This document shows, in pieces, positions 14,313 through 26,214 of a stretch of DNA of 64,000 bases. The notes below the pieces were generated by a model, which saw only the letters and a program-made list of their open reading frames with translations, did not search any database and was not told the DNA's origin. Source of the DNA: Mytilus californianus (Eukaryota); the NCBI RefSeq assembly GCF_021869535.1, contig NW_026262712.1, forward strand, positions 10,106,001 to 10,170,000. Direction: 5' to 3'. Every line of letters starts with the position of its first letter. The stretch's first letter is position 1. Position numbers and translations under genes: made by a program.

Positions 14313-17300
14313 TTACACATTAACTTTGTCTAACAACATCCGCAAAACTGCTAAATGACAGTATTTGTCAGCCATCTTTATAGGCGTTTGTCCATACTTG
14401 TCACATATTCTATAATCTGCTTCTCTGTCCAACAACATTTTTACGAGTTCTGTTTTACCAGTTTTACAAGCCATCAGTATCGGTGTCTGCCCAAAATTGT
14501 CACATGCATTATAATCTGCTCCTTGGTCCAACAAGATTCTTACTACTTTTGTTTGGCCAGTTTTACAGGCCATTAGTATCGGCGTCTGCCCAAGATGGTC
14601 ACACATATTATAATCTGCTCCTTTGTCCAACAACATTTGCACTGTTTCTATTTGACGAGTTCTACTAGCCAACAATACAGGTGACTGGTTCCATTTGTCA
14701 TAATGATAATTATAATATGCGCCTCTGTCTATCAGCATCCTAACTATATCTGAATGACCTTGTCTACATGCTTTCATTAACGATGACTGGTAATTAGCAT
14801 CACATTTATCATGATCTGCTCCTTTGTCTAACAACATTCTTACTATATCTATATGACCATGTCTACACGCCTTCATTAAAGGTGACTGGCCGTCTGAGTC
14901 ACATTTATCATAATCTGCTCCTTCGTCTAAAAACGTTCTTACTACATCGCTATGACCACGTCCACACGCCTTCATTAAAGGTGACCGGCCTCTTGAGTCA
15001 CATTTTTCATGGTCTACTCCGTTGTAAAACAACATCCTCACTATTTCTGTCTGACCATATTTACAAGCCATATTTAAAGGTAACCAATCCCCTGTGCCAC
15101 CAATATAATAATATGCTCCTTTATCTAATAATCGTTTTGCTATTTCTGTATGACCATGCATACACGCCAACATTCCAAGTGACTGACCTCTTATGTCACA
15201 TTTATTATAATCTGCTCCGTTGTCTAACAACATCATTACTATTTCTGTGTGACCATGCATACAAGCCATCAATACTGGTGACTGTTCATCATTGTCACAT
15301 CTATTATAATCTACGTCTTTCTCAAATAACATTCTTACTATTTCTGTTTGACCCTGCATACAAGCTAGCATTAAAGATGACTCACCATTATTGTTACACG
15401 CATTATAATTTGCTCCATTGTCCAACAGCAACTATTTGTGTATGACCATGCATACAAGCAATCATTACCGGTGACATTCCATCGTTGTCACATTTTTTAT
15501 AATTTGCTCCAATGTCTAACAGCATTCTTACTATTTTTGTATGACCATGTTTACAAGCAATAAATAAAGGGAAATGACCAAGTATGTCACTTGTATTTTG
15601 ATTTGCTCCTTTGTCTAACAGCATTTTAACTATACTTGTATGGCCAAGTTTACATGCCATCATGACAAGTAAATCAGCAGTATTGTCACATTTGCTATCA
15701 TCTGCTTCTCTCTCCAACATCATCTTTAATATTTCTAAATGCCCATGTAAACATGTCATAATTACAGGCGACTGACCTCTCAAATCACATTTTTTATAAT
15801 CTGCTTCTCTGTTTATCAACATTTCAACTATGTCTGTATGATTATGTTTACATGCCATAAACAGCGGTGACTGTTCAAGATTGTCACATTTACTGTAATC
15901 TGCGCCGTTGTCTATTAACATCCTTACTATGGTTGTGTGACCATGTATACAAGCCATTAGTGTAGGCGACTGACCAATTTCGTCACATTTATTACAATCT
16001 GCTGCTTTGTTTAAAAACATTCTCACTATGTCAGTATGGCCATATCTACAAACAATCATCAGAGGCGACTGGCCACAAATTCCACTTTCGTTTACATCAA
16101 CACCATGACTGCAACACCACTGGATCATATTCATGTCTCCAATCGAACAACAATGTAGCATGACAGTGTCACATACAATATCCCTGTAGTATAACATTTC
16201 ACGTATACATCTTTTATAATCAGTATCACAGGCATGTACCAATTGCTTTTGGTAACCTACATCTAATGTATTCAAATAACACAGAAACCTTTGTCTGAAA
16301 TGACGCATTTTCATGTTTTTGTTATTAAATACATCTTGTAGTTTCCCTTTTGACCAGTCGTCAATCATTCTCTGCATGTATAGTTGGTGGTACTCAGAGG
16401 GCACACTCGTGATAGACTGATCTGTGGCGTCTATTCTTTCCAGTAAAAATATTTCCCGTATCAAGCAGCTGTCAGCATTCTTGATCAGACAGCCGATTAT
16501 TTTCTGTCCAAAGTATTTAGCTAGAAAGTGAAATATTTTATCATGAATAGTTGTGTAGAAGCTTTTAGTTTTTAATATAAGTTTGTTGTTTTCTGTTGTT
16601 GGATATAATTTGTCTTGTTTTTTTAATAATGTATTTAAAAGGGAATCCATTTCATCTTTCAAAAAAAGTCTTGATGTTCCTCTGTCCAGTTTACACGTTT
16701 CACACGTGTTCTCTATGATAGTTTTTGTTTCTTCATCAATCTCCTTCGTTAACATATCTTCGTTCAGTTTGTTATTGAACATGACACATAAAACCAAAGC
16801 ACAGTATTTACCAAAACATCTTCTCTTTTGTAGCTGGTCAACCTGTGCTTCATAAACTGAATAAGGATGCTGGAAAAAATGTTTTATGTCGTTGGTAGGA
16901 TTTTCATAATACAATTGACATAAAAGTGGAAAACAATCGTACAAATCATAATAATCTGAAATCTCAATAGCTTTTGTTTCGAGGTATACCTCAGCTATTG
17001 ATTGTTTCTCTTTTTTTGTCAAGCACATATCAACTGACAAAAAATTACACACAGATGAATTAAAAATTGATAATGTGTCAAAGTTGTTATCTTGGTACAC
17101 TTGCAATCTACATGCTACCATTATTTTTGTTTGTTTATCTTCAGTTATCTCTTTTATAGGACCACTGACGGATTCTCAAAGTTTGATATCATTCTGGCTC
17201 ACAGAAAAATTCCCAAATAAATCTTCTATAACAAACAATGTTTTCTGGTTTGGATTGTAATATTTGACAATGTCACCTGGATCTGTCACTAAAAGTATGT

Positions 17301-17486
17301 CGTACCCATGAGCATTCATTTGTAAAGCCACATGCTGGAGTGTTGCAGTCTTCCCTACACCAGAACTAGCTGTTATGGTAACGCAACTGTTGCCTTGTAA
17401 AAGTTGCAGTACGTATTTGGCAGCTCTTGTGCTTACAAACATCTTATCCTTATTTTTCCATTTTTCAAGATTTTTGTTGATTTGTG
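14313..17486 (-). pseudogene. Copy B terminal exon: STAND (nSTAND3-like) NTPase + about 19 ankyrin repeats, disrupted by one nonsense codon and one frameshift
   Basis: Acceptor ttgtag| at 17489-17487. Walker A ASSGVGKT, Walker B LFVIED. In-frame TGA at 17178-17176 (IKL*ESVSG) continues in the same frame into ORF 15403-17121. Near 15430, ATA GTT GCT GTT GGA lacks 5 nt relative to the previous repeat (ATA GTA AGA ATG CTG TTA GAC), shifting into ORF 14313-15431. ANK consensus GQSPLMMACxHGHTEIVRMLLDKGADYNKCD. Confidence 0.85.
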
Positions 17487-18479
17487 CTACAATGAAATTT
17501 AACACAAACTCTATCATTATTTATATAAATAAGAATTGAGTGGACTTATATAACCTATAAGAAATAAATAACTTCCGCCTTTTCTAAAATTACATCCAAA
17601 TGAATTATTCAAGCAACTCTGTGGATAATATACAAACATTTCACTAATGCTACCCTGGGAATTCTTTACACAATGATTTAATAGCATATACCCCTTCTAT
17701 GTGAGCAGTTCAACCTGACATAGAATTTTCTCCTCTTATATATAGAAATATATGAACAAAAATACCGTAATAATGTGAGTTGTCCGTCATTGTGTTATTG
17801 TGTTATTGTGTCATGGTAAATGTTTGTTTATATATCTGTTTGTTTTTATAGTGATTAAGATAATAACACAACGGTGACTGCTGTACCCCTATTTTTGACA
17901 TTTTTACCTATTATGTCTTTTTGTTTTGTTCACACATCGTTGTCAATATAATGGCATTTTATACGACTGTCATACAAGTGAGAGGTTTATCTAGCTTTAA
18001 AACCAGGTTCAATCCACCATTTTCTTCATAAGCAAATGCCTGTACCAAGTCAGGAATATAGCAGTTGTTGTCCATTCGTTTGGTGTGTTTGAGCATTTGA
18101 TTTTGCCATTTGATTAGGGACTTTTCGTTTTGAATTTTCCTCGGAGTTCAGTATTTTTGTGATTTTACTTTTTTTTGTCTCATTGGCACTCATACCACAT
18201 CTTCTTATATCTATATAAAGTCTATACAAACTGACAAAACCGACAGCTCGGCTTGACGTCCAACGGAACGTCTGGAAAAAAACTGTCATATTCCTGACAT
18301 GGGTCTTTTATAGCTGACTATGCGATATGGGCTTTGCACATTGTTGAAGGCCGAACAGTGAACTATAGCTGTTAGTTTCTGTGTCATTTGGTCTCTTGTG
18401 GAAAGTTGTCTCATTGGCAATCATACCACATTTTCGTTTTTTATACGGAATGGCGTTGTCAGTTTGTCTTATGAGTTTG

Positions 18480-18960
18480 TATCTTCCGCCTCTCTTAAGA
18501 AGTGTATGAAGGAGTTTTGCAAATTAAGAACAGGTCGACAAGGAGAGATAAACAGGCTGTTCCCATAGCAGTCTGACAACATGCTCGACAATTCTACCTC
18601 CAAATTCAGTAAATATGATGTCACTGAGAAACTCCAGCATACTGATCACTTGTTCTTCGATGTTGTTTGTTTTATACTCGGTACATTTTCAACAAAATAT
18701 TCCAAATTAATTTCAACAATAATAAATTTGAAGCGCATTGTACCCTTTTTATGTAGGAAGGCACTGAGGATTATTTTCTTAAACGGGTTTTCAATTTTTT
18801 CTGCGGTATGGCAGCGTAAAATGTAGAAAAATCGATGGTATTTGTAGAAATTATTTCAGAGAAGGAACGAGATTAGAAACTTTCTAGTAATGCGTTAGAG
18901 TGCTAATGAATCCGGATATGGCATCTACGCGAGTAACAGTTTCATTCTATTTCCAGCAGA
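18480..18960 (-). mobile_element. Decayed Penelope-like RT fragment in intron 3 of copy B
   Basis: DFSTFYAAIPQKKLKTRL, EEQVISMLEFLSDIIFTEFGGRI and MGTACLSLLVDLFL across frameshifts; homologous to 6400-6700. Confidence 0.65.
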
Positions 18961-19909
18961 CAAATTTTGTGTTGCTCAAACGGTCATTTCCTTGCTACAA
19001 CATGCATATGAACCTGTCAATGTCATTTGTTTGTACGGAATTTAGTGAGGTTAAGGTATCCAATAAAAAAGTACAATATACCATCATTTCTAATTATCTG
19101 TGGGCAGAAACAATAAATTGAATCTGATCTGTAAATATTTATTCAGTTGTAAAAATCAATGTTCAATGTTTACTAAACAATGGCATAAACATGAAAATGG
19201 GAGTTGTGTGTGCACGTTAAACTTGTTCCACCAATTTAGGCAATGATGACCATTTGTTATTTGTTGTTGTTTTCATGTACATGTTTTCTCTGGAGTGGGG
19301 AATTTGTGTTGGTGTTATGTGCATGTTATATTGTCCAATAGTTTTTGAATTACAGTAATCCTTTACATGCAATTTTACTTCAAAATAAGACTTAAACAAT
19401 CCAACTTCCACCTGACATTTCTAGCATGGTCTATCAGTATATATCTCTAGTGTTTCAATATACTTTACTACTCTTTCAGTTGGCGTCTTTGAAAATTTCA
19501 TTTGTATGTTTGTTTGAATATTTTAAGTTGTGTAGCATATCTTGTGTATGTTTAAATCACTTTGGATCATGGATCACAGTTTCGGTCACAATAACAAATT
19601 AAATCTGTTTGGGTTGCCAACACATTTTGTTCACCTAACAGAACTATAAACAGCTTGCATAAAAGTGGGAGGTATAGCTAGTAATAAAACTAGGTTTAAC
19701 CCACCATTCGGGAAATTCCGGTACCACGTCGAGAATATGACTGTTGTGTTTCAGTCGTTCCGTTGGTTGATAGAGTTGAGCGTTTAGATTGAGAGGATTT
19801 GTGAATTTCTCGCTTTTCGAATTTAACTTGCAGTTATATAAAGAGTTTAGTATGACCTTCCATTATTGGTTATTTTTCTAAGTTTACAACTTTAATTTCA
19901 AATGTTTAC

Positions 19910-20237
19910 CTCTTACATTCCATGGCACTGTATCCTGCTGAGAGTTTGCAAGTTTTTTTTGGAGCGATGCATAGGAATTCTTCATTTCTTCATAGTCTTC
20001 TTGAAGCAGTGAATAGCGTTTAGTTCCTTCTTCGTAATTTTCTTGCAGTAGTTCATGTGATTTCTTGATTTTTAAATGAGACGATTTCAATTCTTCCAAT
20101 GATCCTTTTATTTCTTTGATTTCATCCTTAGAATGTTTGATATCCATTATTATTTCTTGGTTGGTCTGATCTAAAAGTTTGGTTTTCAACTGATAACATT
20201 CCTGTTCCATTGTGCGTCCTCCTAGTCTAGCAATAGC
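19910..20237 (-). CDS. Copy B coding exon 3: HEPN C-terminal helix + coiled-coil linker
   Basis: Acceptor gttacag| at 20240-20238 and donor G|GTAAAC at 19909; 328 nt, phase 0 to 1. AIARLGG...EIKEIKGSLEELKSSHLKIKKSHELLQENYEE...VPWNVR with heptad pattern. Phases match the flanking exons. Confidence 0.8.
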
Positions 20238-20892
20238 CTGTAACATATATGATAGTACTCGAAAAAGCAGATGATACACAAATTGTATGATGTGTAGAAA
20301 TTCTAAAATATTATGGCAATAAGTTAAAGAGATTAGACAGTCGTCATGCATGAACGGGTAAACTACATATAGAAAAGAAGAAAGGAAAGGAAACACGTCT
20401 TCTGAAGAATAATTCTACATTATATCAAGTTATTGACCATCGGCCAGGGAAGCTATATGTGCTTACCGGAATTAGAGATGAATAGACGATGCAATGTAAT
20501 AATGAAATATACTTCCGATAAGGTTTGTCAAACAACTATATTTTAGTCACTAACATGACGCCTTATCATAAAATGCATGATCACATTAATCACCAGCTCG
20601 ATCAGATGGTACCGACATTGGCGTCAAGTAACGATGTACATAGTATTTAAGACTGTTGAAATACAAAGATAAACACTTATAAGTTTTTCAATACCCATAG
20701 TTTCTGATGAAAGCCTTAGCAATGTTTGATCGCTATTGGCCTAGTGGTAGGAGGGGATAAAGTTTCGAAAAAAAACCCACAACATATGAACAATAGGGAA
20801 CAAAGTGTTCACAAAAGGTCGTTGCGGCTTTCTTTTTTTTTAAATTAATAACGTAAATATAGATTTTCAGAAAACTGATTAGAATTACATAC

Positions 20893-21122
20893 ACCTGTTA
20901 TATCAGTCCAGGCAGTATTGAAGAATGTAGTGTCTATTTTCCCATCATCAAGATGAGCCAAGTAGTTCCTGTAATACTTTATTCTTGACAAATCAGCACC
21001 TTGTGTGACTTCAACTGTTGATGGTAAACAGTCATATCCACCAGCAGGAGGAATCATGGGAGTTAGATTTCTCAATAATGTTATCATCAACGTGACGTCA
21101 AACGTTTTTGAATCAGGAACAC
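20893..21122 (-). CDS. Copy B coding exon 2 (HEPN catalytic half)
   Basis: Acceptor tttccag| at 21125-21123 and donor |GTATGT at 20892; 230 nt; RNYLAH motif intact. Confidence 0.85.
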
Positions 21123-21944
21123 CTGGAAACATTAAAACATTAAAACATATGCAAGATAAACACTCATACTTAGTCATTCGGATTTGGTTTTGTCGAATGA
21201 AAAAAAGTAATAACAGTTAATATTCTTTGAAGACATCGATCAGATGTTTCCTCTGAAGCTAGATCAGATCTGTCTATCCATCAGGAACACATGAGATCAA
21301 CCCAGGTTTTTGCGAGGTTCATGCTGCTCAATCTTTAGTTTTCTATGTTGTGTTTTGTATACTGTAACTTGTATTTTAGTCGTTTTTCGTTTTTTCGAAT
21401 GGCATTGTCACATCGTTTTCGACCAAAAAGTTTTAGAAAAACTTCAAAAGCTTTCACTTCTCTTTTCCACACCATAGATAATATAACCCTAATCATTCAC
21501 TGTGATGTTACATCTCAACATCCATTTAAAAAAGATATATGTTGAAGCGTTTTTAAAGAACAAGATATTGTATTTTTTTCTATAGCAGACACTGATTGTA
21601 ACCTTCTATAATAGCAAAGTGCAGCTATATTAAGCTGATATTAGAGAAGAGGGTTAGACATTAAAGCAGGCAGTTAATCACTTTGAGCTTGCTTAAGTAA
21701 CTGTTAGCATTATTTCAAAAAAAGTAATTTGGTTTACAGGTTTATTTATACTTTTGTTTATGTCTCTCCTATTTAACAATCATAAAGATACACGTTTTTC
21801 CTTTATCATTTTTGTATGCTGTTTTCGGAAATCGACTGTTTCTAGAATAAACCAGGTATCTATAAACATACCAGCTTGCAATTGAGGACATCCAGTGAAA
21901 AAGAGATTGTTTTGGTAGAAATAAACATGAATCACTTAACTAAC

Positions 21945-22880
21945 AAGCCTGAGTGTATCTTAGGAACAGAAGATACCTCTGTGTCTAGAATAGAACATGC
22001 CTCTCTAGACGTACCAGCCTGAGGATATCTCGGGAAGAGAAGAGCCACTGTTTCTAGAATAGAACATGCCTCTCTAAACTAACCAGCCTGAGGATATCTC
22101 GGGAAGAGAAGAGCCACTGTTTTGAGAATACAACATGCCTCTCTAACCTTACCAGCCTGAGGATATCTCGGGAAGAGAAGAGCCACTGTTTCTAGAATAG
22201 AACATACCTCTCTAAACTTACCAGCCTGGGGATATCTCAGGAAGAAAAGAGACCACTTATTTCTGGAATAGAACATGCCTCTCTAGACGTACCAGCCTGA
22301 GGATATCTCGGGAAGAGAAGGGATCACTGTTTCTAGAATAGAACATGCCTCTCTAAACTTACCAGCCTGGGGATATCTCAGGAAGAAAAGAAACCACTTG
22401 TTTCTAGAATAGAACATGCCTCTATAGACGTACCAGCCTGAAGATATCTCGGGAAGACAAGGGATCACTGTTTCTAGAATAGAGCATGCCTCTCTAAACT
22501 TACCAGCATGGGGGTATCTCCGAGAGAGAAGATACCTCTGTTTCTAGAATAGAACATGTATCTCTTAACTTATTAATCTGATGGTATCTCGGGAAGAGAA
22601 GAGCCACTGTTTCTAAAAAAGAACATGCCTCTCTAAACTAACCAGCATGGGGTATCTCCGATAGAGAAGATATCTCAGTTTCTAGAATAGAACATGCATC
22701 TCTTAACTTATTAACCTGATGGTATCTCGGGAAGAGAAGAGCCACTGTTTTTAGAATAGAACATGCCTCTCTACCAGCCTGAGGATATCTCGGGAAGAGA
22801 CGAAACCACTGTTTCTAGAATAGAACATGCCTCTCTAAACTTACTAGCTGATCATATCTTGGAATTAGTAGATTCCAATG
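21945..22880 (-). repeat. About 69-bp minisatellite (about 13-14 units) derived from the exon1/intron1 junction of copy B
   Basis: Period of 69 seen at 21991/22060/22129; some units are 70-71 bp. Minus-strand unit reads ...CTTCTCTTCCCGAGATATCCTCAGGCTG|GTAAGT..., matching the exon end LLFPR..G|GTAAGT. Confidence 0.85.
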
Positions 22881-23354
22881 TTTCTATAATAAAACTGGGA
22901 TATCTGTACTTAAAATGATATACAGGAGAGTCTACTTTATTCAGAAAGCAACTAATCAACTATCCCAGGTTCTTAATTCTCTCCGTGCCAGAAGTCGCAT
23001 AAGGCCCTAGCTTTTCTATCTTTTGCCGCTGTTCTGGCCACGTTCCAACTATCCCAGGGGTTTCGTCTAAATACGTATCATTAGTAGCGCTCAACTCAAA
23101 ATAGTTTAAAGGTCAAATCAAATACAGCGTTGGAGAGCATTCAAACCAAGAAATACGAATGAGTAGTCATAAAAACATGTTTCTATTAATTTATAAGCTT
23201 CGAGATATCTTGCATAAAAGGGGTTCTGGTGTTTTGAGGAATGTCTTGAGAACAGGAGATTCCGCTGATACTGGACAAAACATTATATCTCTGTATGTAC
23301 CTATTAGGATATCTAGGTGACGGGAGAATCAACTAAGGCTTGAAAAAAACATAG

Positions 23355-23790
23355 ATAGATATAAGAAGATGTGGTATGAGTGCCAATGAAACACCTCTTC
23401 ATCCAAGTCACAATTTGTAAAAGTAAACCATTATAGGTTAAAGTGCGGTCTTCAACACGGAGCCTTGGCTCACACCGAACAGCAAGCTATAAAGGACCCC
23501 AACAAGTGAATAGTGTAAAACCATTCAAATGGGAAAAACAACGGTCTAATCTATATAAAAAACGAGAAACGAGAAACACTTATGAACCACATCAACAAAC
23601 GGCAACTACTGAACTTCAGGTTCCTGACTTAGGACAGGTGCAAACAAATGCAGCAGGTTTTAAACGTTTTAATAGGTACCAACCTTCACCCTTACCTGAA
23701 ACAATAGTGTAACATCACAACATAGACAGACACACTATAAAATATCAATTGAAATGGCTTAACTCAATCAAAAGACACATTAACACAAAA
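23355..23790 (+). repeat. Interspersed repeat family C, interrupting the junction-derived array
   Basis: ataagaagatgtggtatgagtgccaatga...gagccttggctcacaccgaacagcaagctataaagg; also at 35545-35797(-), 51855-52080 + 52895-53097(-), with fragments at 18175 and 32500. Confidence 0.85.
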
Positions 23791-23799
23791 TGTCTGGAC

Positions 23800-24760
23800 T
23801 TACCATGAAATCTTGAAATCATAAGATTCCACTTATAATAGAATACAACATGCATCTCTGTACATAAAGGTAATCTTCGGAAGAGGATAATCGGTTGTTA
23901 CTTAAATAAACCATGCATTGCTGTACTTCACAAGAGACCTTGGGAACAGGCGATTCTACTGTTACTAGGACCAGTATTATAAAACTTCGTTCTCTGTACA
24001 AAATTGCATATTTTGAGAAAGAGCATTCCCTGTCACTGATATAGAGTAATCATTCCTGTACGTAACTGACATTTAGCAATAAGTAGATTTAACTGTTCCC
24101 AAAATAAATCTTGAATATCTGTACTAGCCAGGTATATTGAGAGTAGGAGATTCAACTGAGATTGGATTAAAACGTATATCTCTGTACTTATTACCATGAT
24201 ATCTTGAAAACAGGAGATTCAGCTGAGACTGAAATAAAAGTTGTCCATGATATCATGGAAACAGGCGTTTTGGCTATATTAGAAAAAATGGATATTTATT
24301 ATCACTAGAATATTTTATAGACCGAATTGTCTGATGTTACTGGACTAAACATAAGATCTCTGCACTTATCAAGATATCTAGAGAACAGGAGATTTAATTT
24401 TTAACAGGAAAAAAATGCTCCTCCGTATTTACCTTGTTATGATGAGAACAAATGGTTCCATTGTTACTGGAGTTAAACTTGGATCTCTGAATTTACAAAG
24501 ACATCTTTAAAAGAACAGGCGATTGCACTTTTATGAGAATAAAACTTCGATCTCTTCATTTACCGGAACATCTTGGGAACAAAAGACTTTATGAGAATAA
24601 AACTTCGATCTCTTCACTTACCGGAACATCTTGGAAACAAAAGATTTTATGAGAATAAAACTTCGATCTCTTCACTTACCGGAACATCTTGGGAACAAAA
24701 GATTTTATGAGAATAAAACTTCGATCTCTTCACTTACCGGAACATCTTGGGAACAAAAGA
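23800..24760 (-). repeat. Degenerate about 60-bp and near-perfect 58-bp tandem copies of the same exon/donor junction
   Basis: Four 58-bp units at 24528-24760 (tttatgagaataaaacttcgatctcttcacttaccggaacatcttgggaacaaaaga), the last overlapping the real donor. Older copies at 23800-24520 and 23215-23340, e.g. tctgtacttattaccatgatatcttgaaaacaggagattcagctgagactg. Confidence 0.75.
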
Positions 24761-24960
24761 TTCCACTGACATTGATTTATTACGCGCTTCAATTTAAGGT
24801 AATTCAGTTTGTTATACTCTTTCTTGATTGTGGCATCCAGACATGATGGAGCAAATTCGCGATCAAACAAAGATCTCACTCCACGTGGAGAAATTCCAGT
24901 CAGCAACAAGCTCATCCTTACATAATTTTCTTCCTCTTGTGACAGAGAAGCAGCTGTCAT
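24738..24960 (-). CDS. HEPN-STAND-ANK gene copy B, coding exon 1
   Basis: ATG at 24960, MTAASLSQEEENYVRMSLLLTGISPRG...QWNLLFPRCS, donor G|GTAAGT at 24737; 223 nt. Upstream acceptor ttttcag| at 25180-25178. An in-frame upstream ATG at 25059 is also possible. Confidence 0.85.
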
Positions 24961-25424
24961 CGTGTTGATTTGTAAAATCAGAGTACTATTTTTGTATTTT
25001 GTGTAGAATTGCGCATTACTTGCGTTTATGCAAGGGATAGCTATGATGTGTTTATGCAAGAGGTAGCTAGGACTTTGGTAGATAGTTTGGTCTTAGATTG
25101 CCTTTTCCATCAAGTTTTCATTTCGGTTGAATGATTTTGCTCTTTAACATTCCTAATTCCCAGATTTTGTGCATTTCCTGAAAAAAAATTAAAAAAAGTA
25201 TATCAATATATGATAAAAATTTTCGAACAGCATATCAAAATTATTATTGAATAAGTATTACAGACTCCTGTGTGTCATTATGCCTCAAAGTTTTTCTTTG
25301 ATATAACAGAGCTTCCAGAATTTTTCCAGGGGTGTCACCAAAGCCAACTTTATACCAAGGTCATTAGGGAGTAATAAACAAATCGTAACACATGACTCTT
25401 CCTTCAATGTTTTGTAGCTGGCTG

Positions 25425-25850
25425 TTATTTATAGATTCTTACATTGATACCAGTGGATTATCGGATTTATCCAATCGAGATAGTTAAATTATCAATTTTA
25501 AAGTCCGAGCCTCGGCGAGGACTTTAAAATTTATTATTTAACTATCGAGATTGGATAAATCCGATAATCCACGAGTAACTATATATGTAAGAATCTGTTT
25601 CTCTAATGATTAAAAAATAAATTTTCCTTTTTTGCTAAACTAAAATCCCCTTCGAGTGCATTCCACTTTCCATAAAGTTGTCAATTTCATTAACACCTGT
25701 TAGCATATTTTGATGCATCCAGTGAGCTGAGAAAGGTTATGACCCTTAAACTCATCCAATCATCTTCTGAGATCACTGGCAACCACACGTTGATTAATTT
25801 TTTTTATACAATGGGTTCGGAATGGGATAAATTTCCATAGAATTAGAGAA
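25425..25850. mobile_element. Long-hairpin element (hairpin + short-IR module)
   Basis: About 170-bp palindrome centred near 25511, followed by a segment bounded by tttctctaat / attagagaaa. Confidence 0.6.
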
Positions 25851-26214
25851 ATGTATGTATGTATGATGTCCTGTATGAATATACATTTCTCGCCCTTATT
25901 GTATACATGAAGTTTGAAAAAGTTACCTATTCCAGTGGCTCATACCTTGCACCCATTTTTCAGTAAGTGGCTTCCCGAGATTAAGAGTCCTATATGTATT
26001 TCCAAAAAACTTTGTCTTGATTTTCTTTTAAAAGAGTGCTTCAATGTATATATTGAATCCTATGATATCAATGCAGGGTTTGATTTCTTGTTCTTTTGTT
26101 AATTATATGCCCCCGTTCTCTCCTCTCTCTCTCTGTTGACTTCATCGGTGAATAAAGATGAATATATAGATAAATTATTATATTATGCATGTTAATCATA
26201 GTGACGAAACTGAT

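Noticed and set aside
17176-17178. In-frame TGA as selenocysteine or programmed readthrough
   Set aside because: No SECIS recognised, the position fits a Trp codon mutation, and a separate frameshift lies downstream.
14355-17260. Plus-strand ORFs (14355, 14483, 14882, 16583, 17075)
   Set aside because: Antisense shadows of the ankyrin/NTPase exon.
19160-19560. ORF 19217-19411 as an extra exon or transposase piece
   Set aside because: Exons 3 and 4 already join in phase, and no motif was recognised.
21945-22880. CRISPR-like array; ORFs 22079-22276 and 22283-22468
   Set aside because: The units are contiguous without unique spacers, and the DNA is eukaryotic. The ORFs are translations of the minisatellite.
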